From Limisphaerales bacterium (lineage in GTDB: Bacteria; Verrucomicrobiota; Verrucomicrobiia; Limisphaerales; JAJOIW01), in the NCBI GenBank assembly GCA_965657355.1, contig CBFHOE010000011.1, positions 1 to 64,000 on the forward strand: a DNA stretch of 64,000 nt. Reading direction: 5' to 3'. A program made the translations under genes and the position numbers. Under the pieces are notes generated by a model that saw only the letters and a list, made by a program, of their open reading frames with translations, made no database searches and was not told the DNA's origin. Positions 40,101 to 50,030 of this stretch are shown one piece after another. Numbering within the stretch: position 1 is the stretch's first letter; each line of letters begins with the position of its first letter.

Positions 40101-40903
40101 GAAATCGTTGCATCAGCTTTAACTAGGAAGGGGTATTCAAAAACGGACAACTTGAAAGGGCCTTCTTCGGAGTCACCATATTGAATAGTGTATAAAAGAT
40201 CCTCCTCAATTTTGGGAACAGTTATCCCAAAAAATGGATCGCTCAAATTGCGCGCAAGTTCAACTCTATTGGTATTTCCTTGGCTATCAGTCGAATACAT
40301 CCAAACCTCATTCGGAACAACTTGAGAATTAAACCGAGCCATTATCGGCACAGTAGAGCCTCTTTCAACTTGAGCATTTTTAGGAGTAATCTCAACATCA
40401 TATTTAAAACCAACCACCTGCATTTCATTTCCGGTGAAAGCCCCGAAAATGCTACCCCAAACCGGAAACAAAAGCCCCGTGACGAAAACAATGTTTAAAA
40501 GTCTTAACAAGGTGATTTGATCAGGAGATACCAGTGAGTTCCAGGAAGGGCGCGACTGCGCCTCTCGCAACCCATGCCATAGCTTGGATCTGATAAATTC
40601 ATTTATACCATCCACCGATTCTTCGAGTTGCAGAATAGATGTGACTAAATCCCTAATTTCTGGGTTTTTTCTTTCCAACGATCGGCAAAGGGCAAGCATG
40701 CCTGGTTTCCATGATCTATTTTTCAACCAAAAGAAAAATGTTGAAACAAGAGTTACGCCCAAAACCCAGTTCTTTGGAAGCACCCATGACATTAAGATAG
40801 AAATGGCTAATATAATTGATACACCCACCAAGCCACGAAGAGTTCGAGCATCTTTGACTTCTTTATGAAGAATATCCTGTAGTCGCAGTTCTGTATTTTT
40901 CAT
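37196..40903 (-). CDS. Large membrane-anchored coiled-coil protein (DUF4175-like)
   Basis: N-terminal TMs, beta-rich middle (DDFGL), long Q/E-rich coiled coil and C-terminal DRDPVPAEFSKFVDDYYKRL. Start set at ATG 40903. Confidence 0.75.
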   Translation of the reverse strand: MKNTELRLQDILHKEVKDARTLRGLVGVSIILAISILMSWVLPKNWVLGVTLVSTFFFWLKNRSWKPGMLALCRSLERKNPEIRDLVTSILQLEESVDGINEFIRSKLWHGLREAQSRPSWNSLVSPDQITLLRLLNIVFVTGLLFPVWGSIFGAFTGNEMQVVGFKYDVEITPKNAQVERGSTVPIMARFNSQVVPNEVWMYSTDSQGNTNRVELARNLSDPFFGITVPKIEEDLLYTIQYGDSEEGPFKLSVFEYPFLVKADATISYPAYFGKSDEFIEDTLSVTANEGAELNYKFYFNVPVKRAQLFPISPSSGGESIQSEPIELAVHESAPKSATWNIKLSENARYKLLLTDNEGRNNKILSYFSIKIIENKFPEFKWTRPGRDIEVSPLEELQLSGQVTDDFGLLGHGIIMEWPGVDSDEIVFANPKSPSAANTEIDIYQEGNIDHLISFEQKNSQSGDIVSVAAWADDYDVNGSRRRSYSDIYFVSVKSLEQILRQGQNQDQNQNQNQNQNQNGQQDQQGAQGASLIENQKLLISATWNTFKQGINSRYRQSVETLAESQMELISALDAAVQELTPSKEISDLVAESKSLMEKSLDLINESLESEEIKNLRSAIPVQTQTLQKLLKIFSEDESNVSRNQNPQQSQQGQANRSQRMLDQLEFNQNQNNYQTQSQAQSNQTEEQQARTQVLDKLRDLAQRQLDVNERIQELDAALRAAETEDEKERIRRELKKLQEEQRELMQELDNARQDVTESSSREMQETLQQMDQTREAMEKAQQAMQQNQLTQARNEGARAEQSIDQLRQDFRERSASQFTEQIRELSQKTQELQQNQNEISEKISQSSKEKSQNLAGSQSERDLLNQLQDNKDNLDEILDAMREISEQSEEAEPLLSQALYDALRQASQDQLAETLESTQEMVERGFIPMAEQFREQSEEGIENLVEGVGEAAEKVLGDEAAALEQAANRLRSLREEVENEVRNLAQNQNSSTTSLDSVNQQNTEPGENRPSLQQSENENPNAAAAQQENQPIAQQQQLPTKDEQNGGEQQQSPNGQAPRGGGGRNPGTSQNSPTDQNETNDSNPGGGQNDTLDQDIPFFMEREGFANDGGNRGAPQGPFTGQNFQEWSRSLEEVEDMVFDEAMRDQAAQLNDRAREIRQEFRRTGNDPQWDLVNMEILDPILKLESMVDEALALKRQNNSALVPIDRDPVPAEFSKFVDDYYKRLSEMRETEGE
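39331..39400 (-). repeat. Gln-Asn low-complexity coding repeat
   Basis: Encodes QGQNQDQNQNQNQNQNQNGQQDQQ with varied synonymous codons. Confidence 0.8.
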
Positions 40904-40916
40904 TGCAATGTTTGAT

Positions 40917-43016
40917 TTATGCAGTTTGCTGGGGACTGGATGATCGGCTGTAGAATCCGGCAAGCCAGGTCTCAAAAACGATAAGAATCATGACGGCCGC
41001 CAAGATCCATTTCCAATTTTTTTGAGATTCCTCAATTTCAAAGTCTTTTTGAGATAATGCCATGCTGGCTGACTGTTGGTTACCTTTTTCAATTTGGTCA
41101 GGTAGATTGTCCTCGCTCCATATGGGAAGTTGGTAGTTATCCATTTTTGTTAAAGCCATGGAAGAACATAAAGATTCCCGTGGATCAACATTGACAGGTA
41201 TCAAATAAGAAACGTCCTCGTCCTTGACAGATACAAACCCAGGCTTCTGAACTCCGGTAAAACGCTTTCCGGATTTAACACTTATTGATTCTTCTTCACT
41301 CACATTAACTAAAGATTCTTTCACCAAAGGTAGCCATGATTGGTTTACGTAGTATTGCGGAACTGAGGACTGCCACGCTCCAGCGACTTTTGACAAAGAT
41401 AAAATAATAGGAACAAATTTGGAACTCCTTGCCAAAAGGCTTGAATCAGGCTTCCACCCAGAAGTCATTAACCAAAGGTTTCCCTGGCCTATTTTCCACT
41501 CACAAATCCATGGCGACTCATCTTCAAATTGAGCTATAGAATAGCCATCAGATCGCTCAATGAATTCAGACGGAATAGAAAAATATTTAGTGAAACCCAA
41601 GCTCGAGAAATTATTAAATTGCGGATCATCAAAGGGTGAAAAAACTGGGTGACCCCAATCTATTTGGGACAGCATTGCCATTGTTTTTGGCTGCTTCATT
41701 TTAAGACCTGAGATATCAAGATCGTCAGACACGATTCTCAAAATATTGCCAAGATCCTCCATATTTTCAGGAACGTAAAGAACGTCTAATCCCTCTTCTA
41801 TTTTTTTCTTCAAAAACGAAATTTCATTGGATGCCTTGTCTAATTTTGTAGCAACCAGAAACCTGGATTGATTGGACACCTGAGAGGCATTATCTATGTC
41901 GATAATTTGCGTTGGAGAATTACCACTTCCACCGAAGGCTCTATTGAGATAGAAAAGCATGTTTTTTGGGTCATTAAGATCTCCGAGGTGCAAAGTTGTT
42001 ATATAAAAGCTACCTTTCGCAGCGTTTACCCAATAGACAGTGTTGTCGAATTGAGTAGAGTCAGCATTTTTTATTTTGGCGATACCGTGTGTTGCTGAAA
42101 TTTCCTCCATTGGGATATTAATAATGCGCGAACTGCCGGAAGGGACGGAAACCTGGTAGGTCTTCAGGATTTCCCCATCACTCTTATCCCCAGCGATAAT
42201 ATCCACCTGAAACTGGGTTTTTAAATTTTCGTCATCGTTTAATATTTGAATTCGAGCAATGCCTGGGGTATCGGAATTAAGTAATGCTAATCCGGAATTA
42301 GGTTCAATATCCTGACCTATATTCATAATTTTTAACTTTGTCTCCGAGTGCCATTCATACCCTTGCAGGCCATCAAGGCTTGCTCCTTTTTGAAAATCAC
42401 TAATCACACATATTCTAGCTTGGGCTAAATCTCCGGCGCTCAAGTTATCATTTAATCGTTCTTCGACATATTCGGCGGCACTTACGATGGATGCACCAAG
42501 ACGAGTCGCCCCATATGTTGGAGTAGACTCCTGCAAAGCAAGTGAAATCTCCTGATTTACATCGCCATCGCCCAAAGGTCTCCAATCAAACAGCAAATGA
42601 AAATCGGATTCAAACGTTGCGAATGCAACCATATCCGTTTGTTTTAAGTCATTGATGGATTGGGAGATAAATTTTTCTACTAGTCCGGCGGCCGAGCTCC
42701 TGCTCATGCTGGCGCTGGTATCAACGAGTATGAGGTTATATAAAACAGATGGATCTGGTGAGTCTGTCTTGTTTTCTTTAGGGAAAAAAGGACGAGAAAA
42801 AGCCAGACAAATGAGAAGAATTAATAAACACCGAATAAATAGTAAAAACCAATTACTTATTCGACTTTTCCGACTAAATTCTGGTGGATCAGGTTCCAGA
42901 AACATCAAAGTACTGAATGGACGCTTCTTCTGGGGCGACCTTCTCATCAAATGAAAGAGGATAGGCCCTGCAATGGCCAAAGCACCGACAAGAAAAAAGG
43001 GGGCGAGAAAACTCAT
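40917..43016 (-). CDS. BatA N-terminal + vWA domain membrane protein
   Basis: MSFLAP...PILFHLM...FSTLMFL...LAFSRP (BatA), MIDAS motif VDTSASM, NVDPRES and C-terminal TM ending ETWLA. Confidence 0.88.
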   Translation of the reverse strand: MSFLAPFFLVGALAIAGPILFHLMRRSPQKKRPFSTLMFLEPDPPEFSRKSRISNWFLLFIRCLLILLICLAFSRPFFPKENKTDSPDPSVLYNLILVDTSASMSRSSAAGLVEKFISQSINDLKQTDMVAFATFESDFHLLFDWRPLGDGDVNQEISLALQESTPTYGATRLGASIVSAAEYVEERLNDNLSAGDLAQARICVISDFQKGASLDGLQGYEWHSETKLKIMNIGQDIEPNSGLALLNSDTPGIARIQILNDDENLKTQFQVDIIAGDKSDGEILKTYQVSVPSGSSRIINIPMEEISATHGIAKIKNADSTQFDNTVYWVNAAKGSFYITTLHLGDLNDPKNMLFYLNRAFGGSGNSPTQIIDIDNASQVSNQSRFLVATKLDKASNEISFLKKKIEEGLDVLYVPENMEDLGNILRIVSDDLDISGLKMKQPKTMAMLSQIDWGHPVFSPFDDPQFNNFSSLGFTKYFSIPSEFIERSDGYSIAQFEDESPWICEWKIGQGNLWLMTSGWKPDSSLLARSSKFVPIILSLSKVAGAWQSSVPQYYVNQSWLPLVKESLVNVSEEESISVKSGKRFTGVQKPGFVSVKDEDVSYLIPVNVDPRESLCSSMALTKMDNYQLPIWSEDNLPDQIEKGNQQSASMALSQKDFEIEESQKNWKWILAAVMILIVFETWLAGFYSRSSSPQQTA

Positions 43017-43969
43017 GCCACAGACCTTTCGGATTCCATATTTTTAGGGGGCAGCCACCCCCCCGATTCGGATCTAACATAATGATAACAGACCTGATCA
43101 AGCGGACTTTCGGTTGAAACAATATTATATTTCAAACCGCATTCACTCGAAATTTTCTGAAGAGCTGCAAGATGAGAATCGAGTTTGACCTGGTAGCGTT
43201 GGGCCGCCATTTTCCCATTCACAAATATGGACTTTCCATTTTCCATATCTTCTAGAAGAAGACTCTCGTTTTGATTCCAAGTTATTTCTTTGGGGTCAAG
43301 AATTTGCACAAGAGAAATTTCATGACCTCGAGCAGAAAGTATCTTTAATTCATTTTTCAATACTTCAAGATCTCCGAGAAAATCGCTTACCATGACAATC
43401 TTACTTTTCGCTTTGACAAGGTTGGCCAATCCGTTCAATGAAACGCCGAGCTGTGTTTGCTTCCCCGGGTTGGCTGAGTGGAGTAGTTTAAGGAATTTTC
43501 TAAGCTGACCAACACGAACAGCCGGTGGTAAATACTCCTGGATTCCCGAATCAAAGCGACAAGCACCAACAGCATCCCTTTGCTTTAAAATGAAATATCC
43601 GAGAGACCCCACCAACAACCTGGCATAATCCATTTTTGACCATTCGAGAGATGAGTATGACATGGAGTTGCTCTGATCCAAAACAAAGTAAGTCCTTACG
43701 TTAGTCTCTTCTCGAAATTTTTTAATGTAATATCGATCTGTGCGAGCATATAACTTCCAATCCATATACCTCGTATCATCACCTTCAACGTAAGGTCTAT
43801 ATTCAGTAAATTCAGCGGAGAACCCATGGAAAGGACTTTTATGCAACCCTAGTAGAAACCCCTCAACAACAAGTTTGACTTGCAGTTCCAGGGACTTGAG
43901 TTTCATAAGACTTGCTGGATCAAGCCAACGGGTTTCATCTAATTTTTGATTTTGATTTCCAGTAGCCAT
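43013..43969 (-). CDS. DUF58 (vWA-like) protein
   Basis: GLHKSPFHGFSAEFTEYRPYVEGDD, DWKLYAR, LDQSNSM and SDF. Confidence 0.92.
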   Translation of the reverse strand: MATGNQNQKLDETRWLDPASLMKLKSLELQVKLVVEGFLLGLHKSPFHGFSAEFTEYRPYVEGDDTRYMDWKLYARTDRYYIKKFREETNVRTYFVLDQSNSMSYSSLEWSKMDYARLLVGSLGYFILKQRDAVGACRFDSGIQEYLPPAVRVGQLRKFLKLLHSANPGKQTQLGVSLNGLANLVKAKSKIVMVSDFLGDLEVLKNELKILSARGHEISLVQILDPKEITWNQNESLLLEDMENGKSIFVNGKMAAQRYQVKLDSHLAALQKISSECGLKYNIVSTESPLDQVCYHYVRSESGGWLPPKNMESERSVA

Positions 43970-43996
43970 TCTATGAAGTCTTGGTTGGCAGATGTG

Positions 43997-44998
43997 CTAT
44001 GCGGGAATGGCTATGTCCTCGAGAAGGCTTTCAATAACGTTCTCAACCGATAGTCCTTCTGCTTCAGCCCGATAATTAAGAAGAATCCTGTGGCGCAAAA
44101 CTGGCTTGGCCAGGATTTGGATATCCTCTCTTGTTACGTGAACCCTTCCTTGGAGAAGAGCACGTGCTTTTGCACCAAGAACCAGGCACTGGGGAGCTCT
44201 CGTCCCGGCCCCCCAACCAACCATCTCCTGAACAATTGCTGGAGCCGATTCGTTAGATGGTCGGGAATGAGCAGCAAGTTTGACGGCGTATCTCATGAGA
44301 TCGTCCGAGATAGGTATTTCTCTTACGATTTTTTGGATCTCCATCAATTGCCCTGATGAGAAAATGGATGTGATTTCTGGCAATCCTTTGCCTGTGGTTT
44401 GCCTGATGACTTCTACTTCCTCATCCTCTGGTAAATAATCAATGACAACATTAAAAAAGAATCTATCTAACTGAGCCTCTGGCAAAGGGTAAGTCCCTTC
44501 CATTTCAACTGGGTTTTGCGTTGCCAAAACAAAAAACGGCAGAGGAAGTTGGTGAGTTTGCCCACCAGATGAAACCTGTCTTTCCTGCATCGCTTCCAGC
44601 AATGCCGCTTGAGTTTTAGGAGGAGTTCTGTTGATTTCATCCGCAAGCACAATGTTTGCAAATATGGGCCCTTTCACAAACTTGAGGTGCCGGCCATTTT
44701 CTGACTCATCCAGAATTTCAGTTCCTGTGATGTCGGCGGGCATTAAATCAGGCGTGAACTGGATTCGTTGGAACTCAAGATCAAAAAGATCACCGATAGA
44801 TTTTACCAGCAAAGTTTTCGCTAACCCTGGGGCACCAGTAATCAGACAGTGACCACCAGCCAGCAAAGCAATCATTATTTGTTCAATTACGTCGTCTTGT
44901 CCCACTATGACCTTGTGGATCTGGTCCACCAATTCCGTTCGTTTCTCAAGCAATTGGTCGAGTTTTCTTGAGTTATCTTCAAATGATCCGTTTTCCAC
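43997..44998 (-). CDS. moxR: MoxR family AAA+ ATPase
   Basis: GAPGLAKT, RIQFTPDLMPADITG, LADEINRTPPKTQAALLEAMQE and ATQNPVEMEGTYPLPEAQLDRF. Confidence 0.96.
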   Translation of the reverse strand: MENGSFEDNSRKLDQLLEKRTELVDQIHKVIVGQDDVIEQIMIALLAGGHCLITGAPGLAKTLLVKSIGDLFDLEFQRIQFTPDLMPADITGTEILDESENGRHLKFVKGPIFANIVLADEINRTPPKTQAALLEAMQERQVSSGGQTHQLPLPFFVLATQNPVEMEGTYPLPEAQLDRFFFNVVIDYLPEDEEVEVIRQTTGKGLPEITSIFSSGQLMEIQKIVREIPISDDLMRYAVKLAAHSRPSNESAPAIVQEMVGWGAGTRAPQCLVLGAKARALLQGRVHVTREDIQILAKPVLRHRILLNYRAEAEGLSVENVIESLLEDIAIPA

Positions 44999-45032
44999 TT
45001 TTTTTCCTTTTTATAAAGATGCCACAATTTCC

Positions 45033-45911
45033 TTAATGGGTCATGGCATAAACTATGATATTAATTCCTAATGGGTATGCTTTCTTTTCTGAAAACTCTC
45101 TAAAATAGTATTCGTCTTCGCCTTCTCTTTCCCAACCGTCTCCGAGATCGGTATTGTGACAAATCATAACCATGATACGACCTTCGTCGTTGAGTATAGC
45201 CCGGTAATGGACATCACGTGCCCCGGGATTGTGCCGGGACTCCCAAGTCACACCAGTAAATTGGCTTTCATACCCTGTTTGAACATTTGGAATTTGGGGT
45301 AGTTCGCTCAGAGTCTCATTTAGAGGGAAGACAGTATTAAAAATTTCATGCTCTAACCCAATGTCTATTATGGGACGGTCGGGGAAAACTTTTTGCATCT
45401 GAGCCTGGAAATTTTGCCATTGAAAATCTCCCCAAAAATCGTCCACCATCATAAATCCACCATTGAGTAGATAATCTTTTAGGGCTTCGACTTCATCCGA
45501 GCTGAACATAACCCCACCCGGTTCAACCATATAGATGAATGGATAATCCTTTAATTTTTTATCCGTGAGTTCCAAGGCTAGACTTTGAGGGTTTACCTTG
45601 AGAGATGTCATTTGCGTCAACCGGTAGGCCAAATTGTTCTCGGCTTGCGGATGATCAATTTTCCATTTTGCCCCAAATCTTCCATAGTCATCAAAGCTGT
45701 CATATTTGACTCTGACGAATGTAAAAGTATCCGACTCAAAATTTTTTGGATATGACCAATCAGGCTTCCAATCGCCTTCATTAGATCCACCCCATTGTCC
45801 AAATAAACTGTGGAAAATGAATGCTAATGAAATAATAACCAAAACAGATGGCAAATGAATCCATCTGGGAATCATTTTGGGTTTCTGATTATTGCGAATT
45901 ATTTCCTGCAT
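45033..45911 (-). CDS. DUF4159 domain protein (exported)
   Basis: FTFVRVKY, YPFIYMVEPG, NGGFMMVDDFWG, NTDLGDGWE and C-terminal GINIIVYAMTH. Confidence 0.85.
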   Translation of the reverse strand: MQEIIRNNQKPKMIPRWIHLPSVLVIISLAFIFHSLFGQWGGSNEGDWKPDWSYPKNFESDTFTFVRVKYDSFDDYGRFGAKWKIDHPQAENNLAYRLTQMTSLKVNPQSLALELTDKKLKDYPFIYMVEPGGVMFSSDEVEALKDYLLNGGFMMVDDFWGDFQWQNFQAQMQKVFPDRPIIDIGLEHEIFNTVFPLNETLSELPQIPNVQTGYESQFTGVTWESRHNPGARDVHYRAILNDEGRIMVMICHNTDLGDGWEREGEDEYYFREFSEKKAYPLGINIIVYAMTH

Positions 45912-45988
45912 TGGCTAAAACTTCTTAAAAAATTTAGTAGTCCAGATTTTTCAGACTTAAGATTTAGACAGTAAAATGATTTATGAAA

Positions 45989-48595
45989 CTAACCAGAATT
46001 GGCTTTTAATTCCTTCTCTGCCTTGTTGCTTATCGTGAGAAATGACTTAAGGGCGTCTCTATGACGAGGGGCCAATTCGAGAGTAGAAAGTAAATGCTTG
46101 TATGCTTTTTCCGGCTCAGCGTCTTTGGTGAGAAGAAAAATTTGATAGTGAATTTCGGCTGGATTTATTGGATTTAATTGCAGTGCGGCTTCCCAATACG
46201 AAATAGCCTCTGGCTTGTTATTTTCTTCGGTAGAAACCACAGCCAAGTCTTCATAGACTTGGCCTTCGAAAGGGTCAATGGCTAATAACTCATTTGAATA
46301 ACGAAAGATTGCTTGGTTGTCTTTTTCATTCTTTGCCAACTGAACAAGCCTTCTATACATACTCGGAGGAGCCACTTCCAATCCAACCCATTTTTCAAGA
46401 ACCTTTTTTTCATCCTCCGGTTTTTCTTGTGCGTTATAAATTTTAGTGAGTATGGAAAGAGGGTTTGGAAATTGGCGCGGCTGATTAAATTCATCCAATA
46501 TGTTGAGGGATATTTCCTGTGCTCCTTCTAAATCGCCAGCATCAAAAAGCTTTTCCGCTTTGTCCATTAGCATCCAAAAGTTATTATTTTTTATTTTTTC
46601 TTTAAATGCACCCAAATCAAAATCACCGTCTCCAGGACGTGGAGGTGCACCGAAGTTGACTAATGCAGGTTTTGAGAAATCAAGTTTTCCTGCTGCCTTT
46701 TTTACTTTTTCATTAATCCATATCGAGAACTCGGTCTCTAGTTTGGATAACGAGGTGTAAGACTTCTCAAGTGCATTATTAATTTCCAGGCCGCGAGACA
46801 AATCCTTGAGAAGATCCGCCATTTTAGATTCGTCAAAATTGGTGAGAAGATATTCTACCACCATGGAAGATTGATAGTAGGCAAACTCAATATGCCCTGG
46901 AGTTTTGGGTTGCATGAACCCAGCACTGAGGTCGGAGATAGGCAGGAGATCTCCGTCATCAATCCATTGTAAAAATTGCGGAGTTAACTTCATGCCCCAA
47001 GCAGGATTTTCTTGGTATTCTTCGTAAACCGAAAGTCCTTCGCTGAGCCATCTCGGCATTTTATTTCGAGTGGCCCCTAAAGTGACGGTGTGGCAAAACT
47101 CATGCCATAATACAGCTTTCCAGTTGACGGATTCCATTCTCTGGGTTGATGGGCTGTTGGCAGTTATTACTGGCCCGAAGCAAACTCCTAGGTAGCCGGG
47201 GATGTTTGGCATGCCAAAAGTCCTCACTTCGAAATCCGTAGTGGAAGAGAATATTTCTACTCTGGTTGGCTCACTTGGAAAGAATCCATATTTTTTGGTT
47301 AATTTTTCATAAGCCCGATTCAATAAATCCAAAGCCTGCATACCGATGATGTCTTTTTCAGCAGCGTCAACGTAGACAATAAAATTGTCATTTGTAATGA
47401 CCTCATAATCCACCAGGTTATCGTGAAGATTTACTAGGTTAAAGGCGGCGACATCATAACCATCCTGTTCGTGAACTTGGTTAGCCAATCGCCAACCTTC
47501 TTCATTTTTACCAAGCCTCAATAGGTCCTGAGCTAATTGAATTTTGGACGGCAGGTAATTGTCATTCATACTCAATGCCATTCTCTGGTAGGCAGAACCT
47601 TCCTTGAATCGATAGTGCTGGGATAATTTTTTACCGATCAAATGAGGGATTTCAGGATCGATTTTATTTTTTTCAAATGCTTTCTGACGAGCTAGGACCT
47701 CCTCATCGGGTCGATTCTGTAGGTGGTGGATAGCAGCTCTGTAAGCCCACATTTTGGAGTTTTGGGACTGTATTTTTTCTATCTCATCCAACAACTCCAA
47801 TGCCTCTTCATAAGATTCCGAGTTCAACATAAAATCAACGAGAAGAAGTCGGCTGGGAACATGTTTCTGGTTTAGGGACATGGATTTCTCGATCCATTCC
47901 AATGTCTTAGCAGAATCACTTTCAGAGAAAGCAACAGCAAGACCGTGCGTCATAGCTGGATCCTTAGGAAATTTGGTGAAGCCATTCTGATACCATTTGG
48001 AAGCTAATCCGAAATCTCCTTTGTCAAGAGCCAGCCTTCCTGCAGCGAGGTAAACACTTCGGGTGTCTGGAGATTTTTTGGCGACTGGATCAAAAAAGTT
48101 TTTCATGACGAGCTTTGCATCCGCGTTGAGCTGCAACGCCATTTCTCCCAAGACGACTTGATCATCTGGATCAGAGAGGCGGTTTCCGAGCCTTCGAGCT
48201 ACCTGATTCATCTCCGACAGCATACGCTGCTGAGTATTTAGATCCCCCACCATTTTGGCGGTTTTGTAGGCTAGCCACCTTTTTCTAAGCCCCCAGCGCT
48301 CCCATCTGGCCCAAAGCTCTGCGTTTTCCGCAGCTTTTTTGGTGTTCCCCATCTCTAATTGTATCTCAACGATGAGTTCGGCCCACTTTTCCTCTTGGCT
48401 TCGGCTTGCTGAATTGAGGCCATCTTGAGCCATTTGCTCGGCTTTTTGATAATCGCCTGAAAAAAGCAAATTTCGGGCTTGTTCAAAATCTTGGCCAATG
48501 GAATCGCGTAAGCCGCACAAGAAAATGGTTGAAACGAAGAAATATTTTGCGACATCAAGCCCAAGTTTTAGGAACAGCTGTCGGTTGGCATACAT
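45989..48595 (-). CDS. TPR-repeat protein with a clan MA zinc metallopeptidase domain
   Basis: TPR-like helices flank VLWHEFCH...PRWLSEGLSVYEE and FAYYQS. Signal-like N-terminus; start set at ATG 48595. Confidence 0.85.
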   Translation of the reverse strand: MYANRQLFLKLGLDVAKYFFVSTIFLCGLRDSIGQDFEQARNLLFSGDYQKAEQMAQDGLNSASRSQEEKWAELIVEIQLEMGNTKKAAENAELWARWERWGLRKRWLAYKTAKMVGDLNTQQRMLSEMNQVARRLGNRLSDPDDQVVLGEMALQLNADAKLVMKNFFDPVAKKSPDTRSVYLAAGRLALDKGDFGLASKWYQNGFTKFPKDPAMTHGLAVAFSESDSAKTLEWIEKSMSLNQKHVPSRLLLVDFMLNSESYEEALELLDEIEKIQSQNSKMWAYRAAIHHLQNRPDEEVLARQKAFEKNKIDPEIPHLIGKKLSQHYRFKEGSAYQRMALSMNDNYLPSKIQLAQDLLRLGKNEEGWRLANQVHEQDGYDVAAFNLVNLHDNLVDYEVITNDNFIVYVDAAEKDIIGMQALDLLNRAYEKLTKKYGFFPSEPTRVEIFSSTTDFEVRTFGMPNIPGYLGVCFGPVITANSPSTQRMESVNWKAVLWHEFCHTVTLGATRNKMPRWLSEGLSVYEEYQENPAWGMKLTPQFLQWIDDGDLLPISDLSAGFMQPKTPGHIEFAYYQSSMVVEYLLTNFDESKMADLLKDLSRGLEINNALEKSYTSLSKLETEFSIWINEKVKKAAGKLDFSKPALVNFGAPPRPGDGDFDLGAFKEKIKNNNFWMLMDKAEKLFDAGDLEGAQEISLNILDEFNQPRQFPNPLSILTKIYNAQEKPEDEKKVLEKWVGLEVAPPSMYRRLVQLAKNEKDNQAIFRYSNELLAIDPFEGQVYEDLAVVSTEENNKPEAISYWEAALQLNPINPAEIHYQIFLLTKDAEPEKAYKHLLSTLELAPRHRDALKSFLTISNKAEKELKANSG

Positions 48596-48699
48596 TTTGT
48601 AATGATCACCTTCATGTAGAAAATCGCAAGCCCGCAATTCAAATAAATCACTTCATTAGACAGAGGCTATACAGTCTCACTTGATCGCGTATAGCTGGT

Positions 48700-48728
48700 T
48701 TGACATCCCGACAAGAAAAACAAATAAT
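48700..48728 (+). promoter_or_regulatory. Putative sigma70 promoter of the DUF1080 gene
   Basis: TTGACA-17 nt-AATAAT, 25 nt before ATG 48754. Confidence 0.6.
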
Positions 48729-48753
48729 GGCTCTTCCTTCATTTAGATAACCA

Positions 48754-50013
48754 ATGAATAAAATAAAAATTACAACAAAGATATTTGTGGGTATTGCTTT
48801 AGCATTAGGGGCATTTAGCACCAGGTCCTACGCAGCACACCACGAAGGATGGGCTTCACTATTTGATGGGAAGTCACTAAAAGGATGGGTCCAAAAAAAT
48901 GGCACAGCAACCTACCGGATTGAAAATAACTCCATCGTAGGAAAAACAAATGATGGAAGCCCTAACTCATTTCTTTGCACGGAAAAATTGTATGGCGATT
49001 TTGATCTGGAGTTTGAGGTTCGGGTCGACAATCAATTAAATTCTGGCGTTCAAATCAGATCGCAAACGGTAGGCGGAACGAATGGAGGCCGCGTTAATGG
49101 GCCTCAAGTCGAGATCGAAGCTAGCGGTAAAAATGGAGCAGAAAGCGGATACCTTTATGGTGAGGCTGCAGGAGGATGGATGACCCCAGCCAACATGAGA
49201 GGCCCTCACAAGGTATTCAAGGATGGAGAATGGAATGCTTACAGAGTTTTGGCTGTAGGACCACGGATTAAAGTTTGGATAAACGGAACTCTCATATCTG
49301 ATTTAAAGGATGAGGGAAAATTCAAATCTCACCCAAAGGGTTTCATTGGTCTTCAAGTGCATGGGATAGGAAGAGGAAAGGGTCCATATGAGGTTGCCTG
49401 GAGAAATTTAAGAATACGAGAGATACATTCTACCGATAAAAAAGTAGCGTATAAAAATCTATATAATGGGAAAAATCTTAATGGCTGGCAAACGACCGGG
49501 AACTGGATCCCTCAAAAGGATGGGTCCTTACTCATAAAACCAAGAAAAGGTGAAAAGGGCTGGCAAAGGTATAGCGACTATATTTGGACAAAGAAAAAGT
49601 ATACGGACTTCATACTCGATCTTGAATATAGCTATCCAAAGGGTGGTAATAGCGGGGTATTTTTTAGAGTGGGTGATTTGAAAAACCCTGTGGAAACAGG
49701 GATAGAGGCCCAAATCTTGGACAATTATGGATCTAAAAAACAACCAACGGCGCATGATCACGGTGGAATAATCAGGACAGCAGCCCCAAAAAAGAACATG
49801 TCTAAAAAACCAGGTGATTGGAATCACATGGTGGTAAAATGCGTCTCATCAAAATTAAATGTAAAACTTAATGGCGAAGAGATCATTGACATCGATCTCA
49901 GCAAATCCGATGCCTCCAAAAACAAACCGCTGGAAGGATATATTGGGCTCCAAGACCACGGTGAACCAAACAACGTATTTTTTAGAAATATCAAATTAGT
50001 TGAAATAAAGTAG
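48754..50013 (+). CDS. Tandem DUF1080 (3-keto-disaccharide hydrolase-like) secreted protein
   Basis: Signal peptide and two copies of LF/YxGKxLxGW...NSGV...GxIGLQ...RNxxI. Confidence 0.9.
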   Translation: MNKIKITTKIFVGIALALGAFSTRSYAAHHEGWASLFDGKSLKGWVQKNGTATYRIENNSIVGKTNDGSPNSFLCTEKLYGDFDLEFEVRVDNQLNSGVQIRSQTVGGTNGGRVNGPQVEIEASGKNGAESGYLYGEAAGGWMTPANMRGPHKVFKDGEWNAYRVLAVGPRIKVWINGTLISDLKDEGKFKSHPKGFIGLQVHGIGRGKGPYEVAWRNLRIREIHSTDKKVAYKNLYNGKNLNGWQTTGNWIPQKDGSLLIKPRKGEKGWQRYSDYIWTKKKYTDFILDLEYSYPKGGNSGVFFRVGDLKNPVETGIEAQILDNYGSKKQPTAHDHGGIIRTAAPKKNMSKKPGDWNHMVVKCVSSKLNVKLNGEEIIDIDLSKSDASKNKPLEGYIGLQDHGEPNNVFFRNIKLVEIK

Positions 50014-50030
50014 ATCTTAATTTTTATCTC

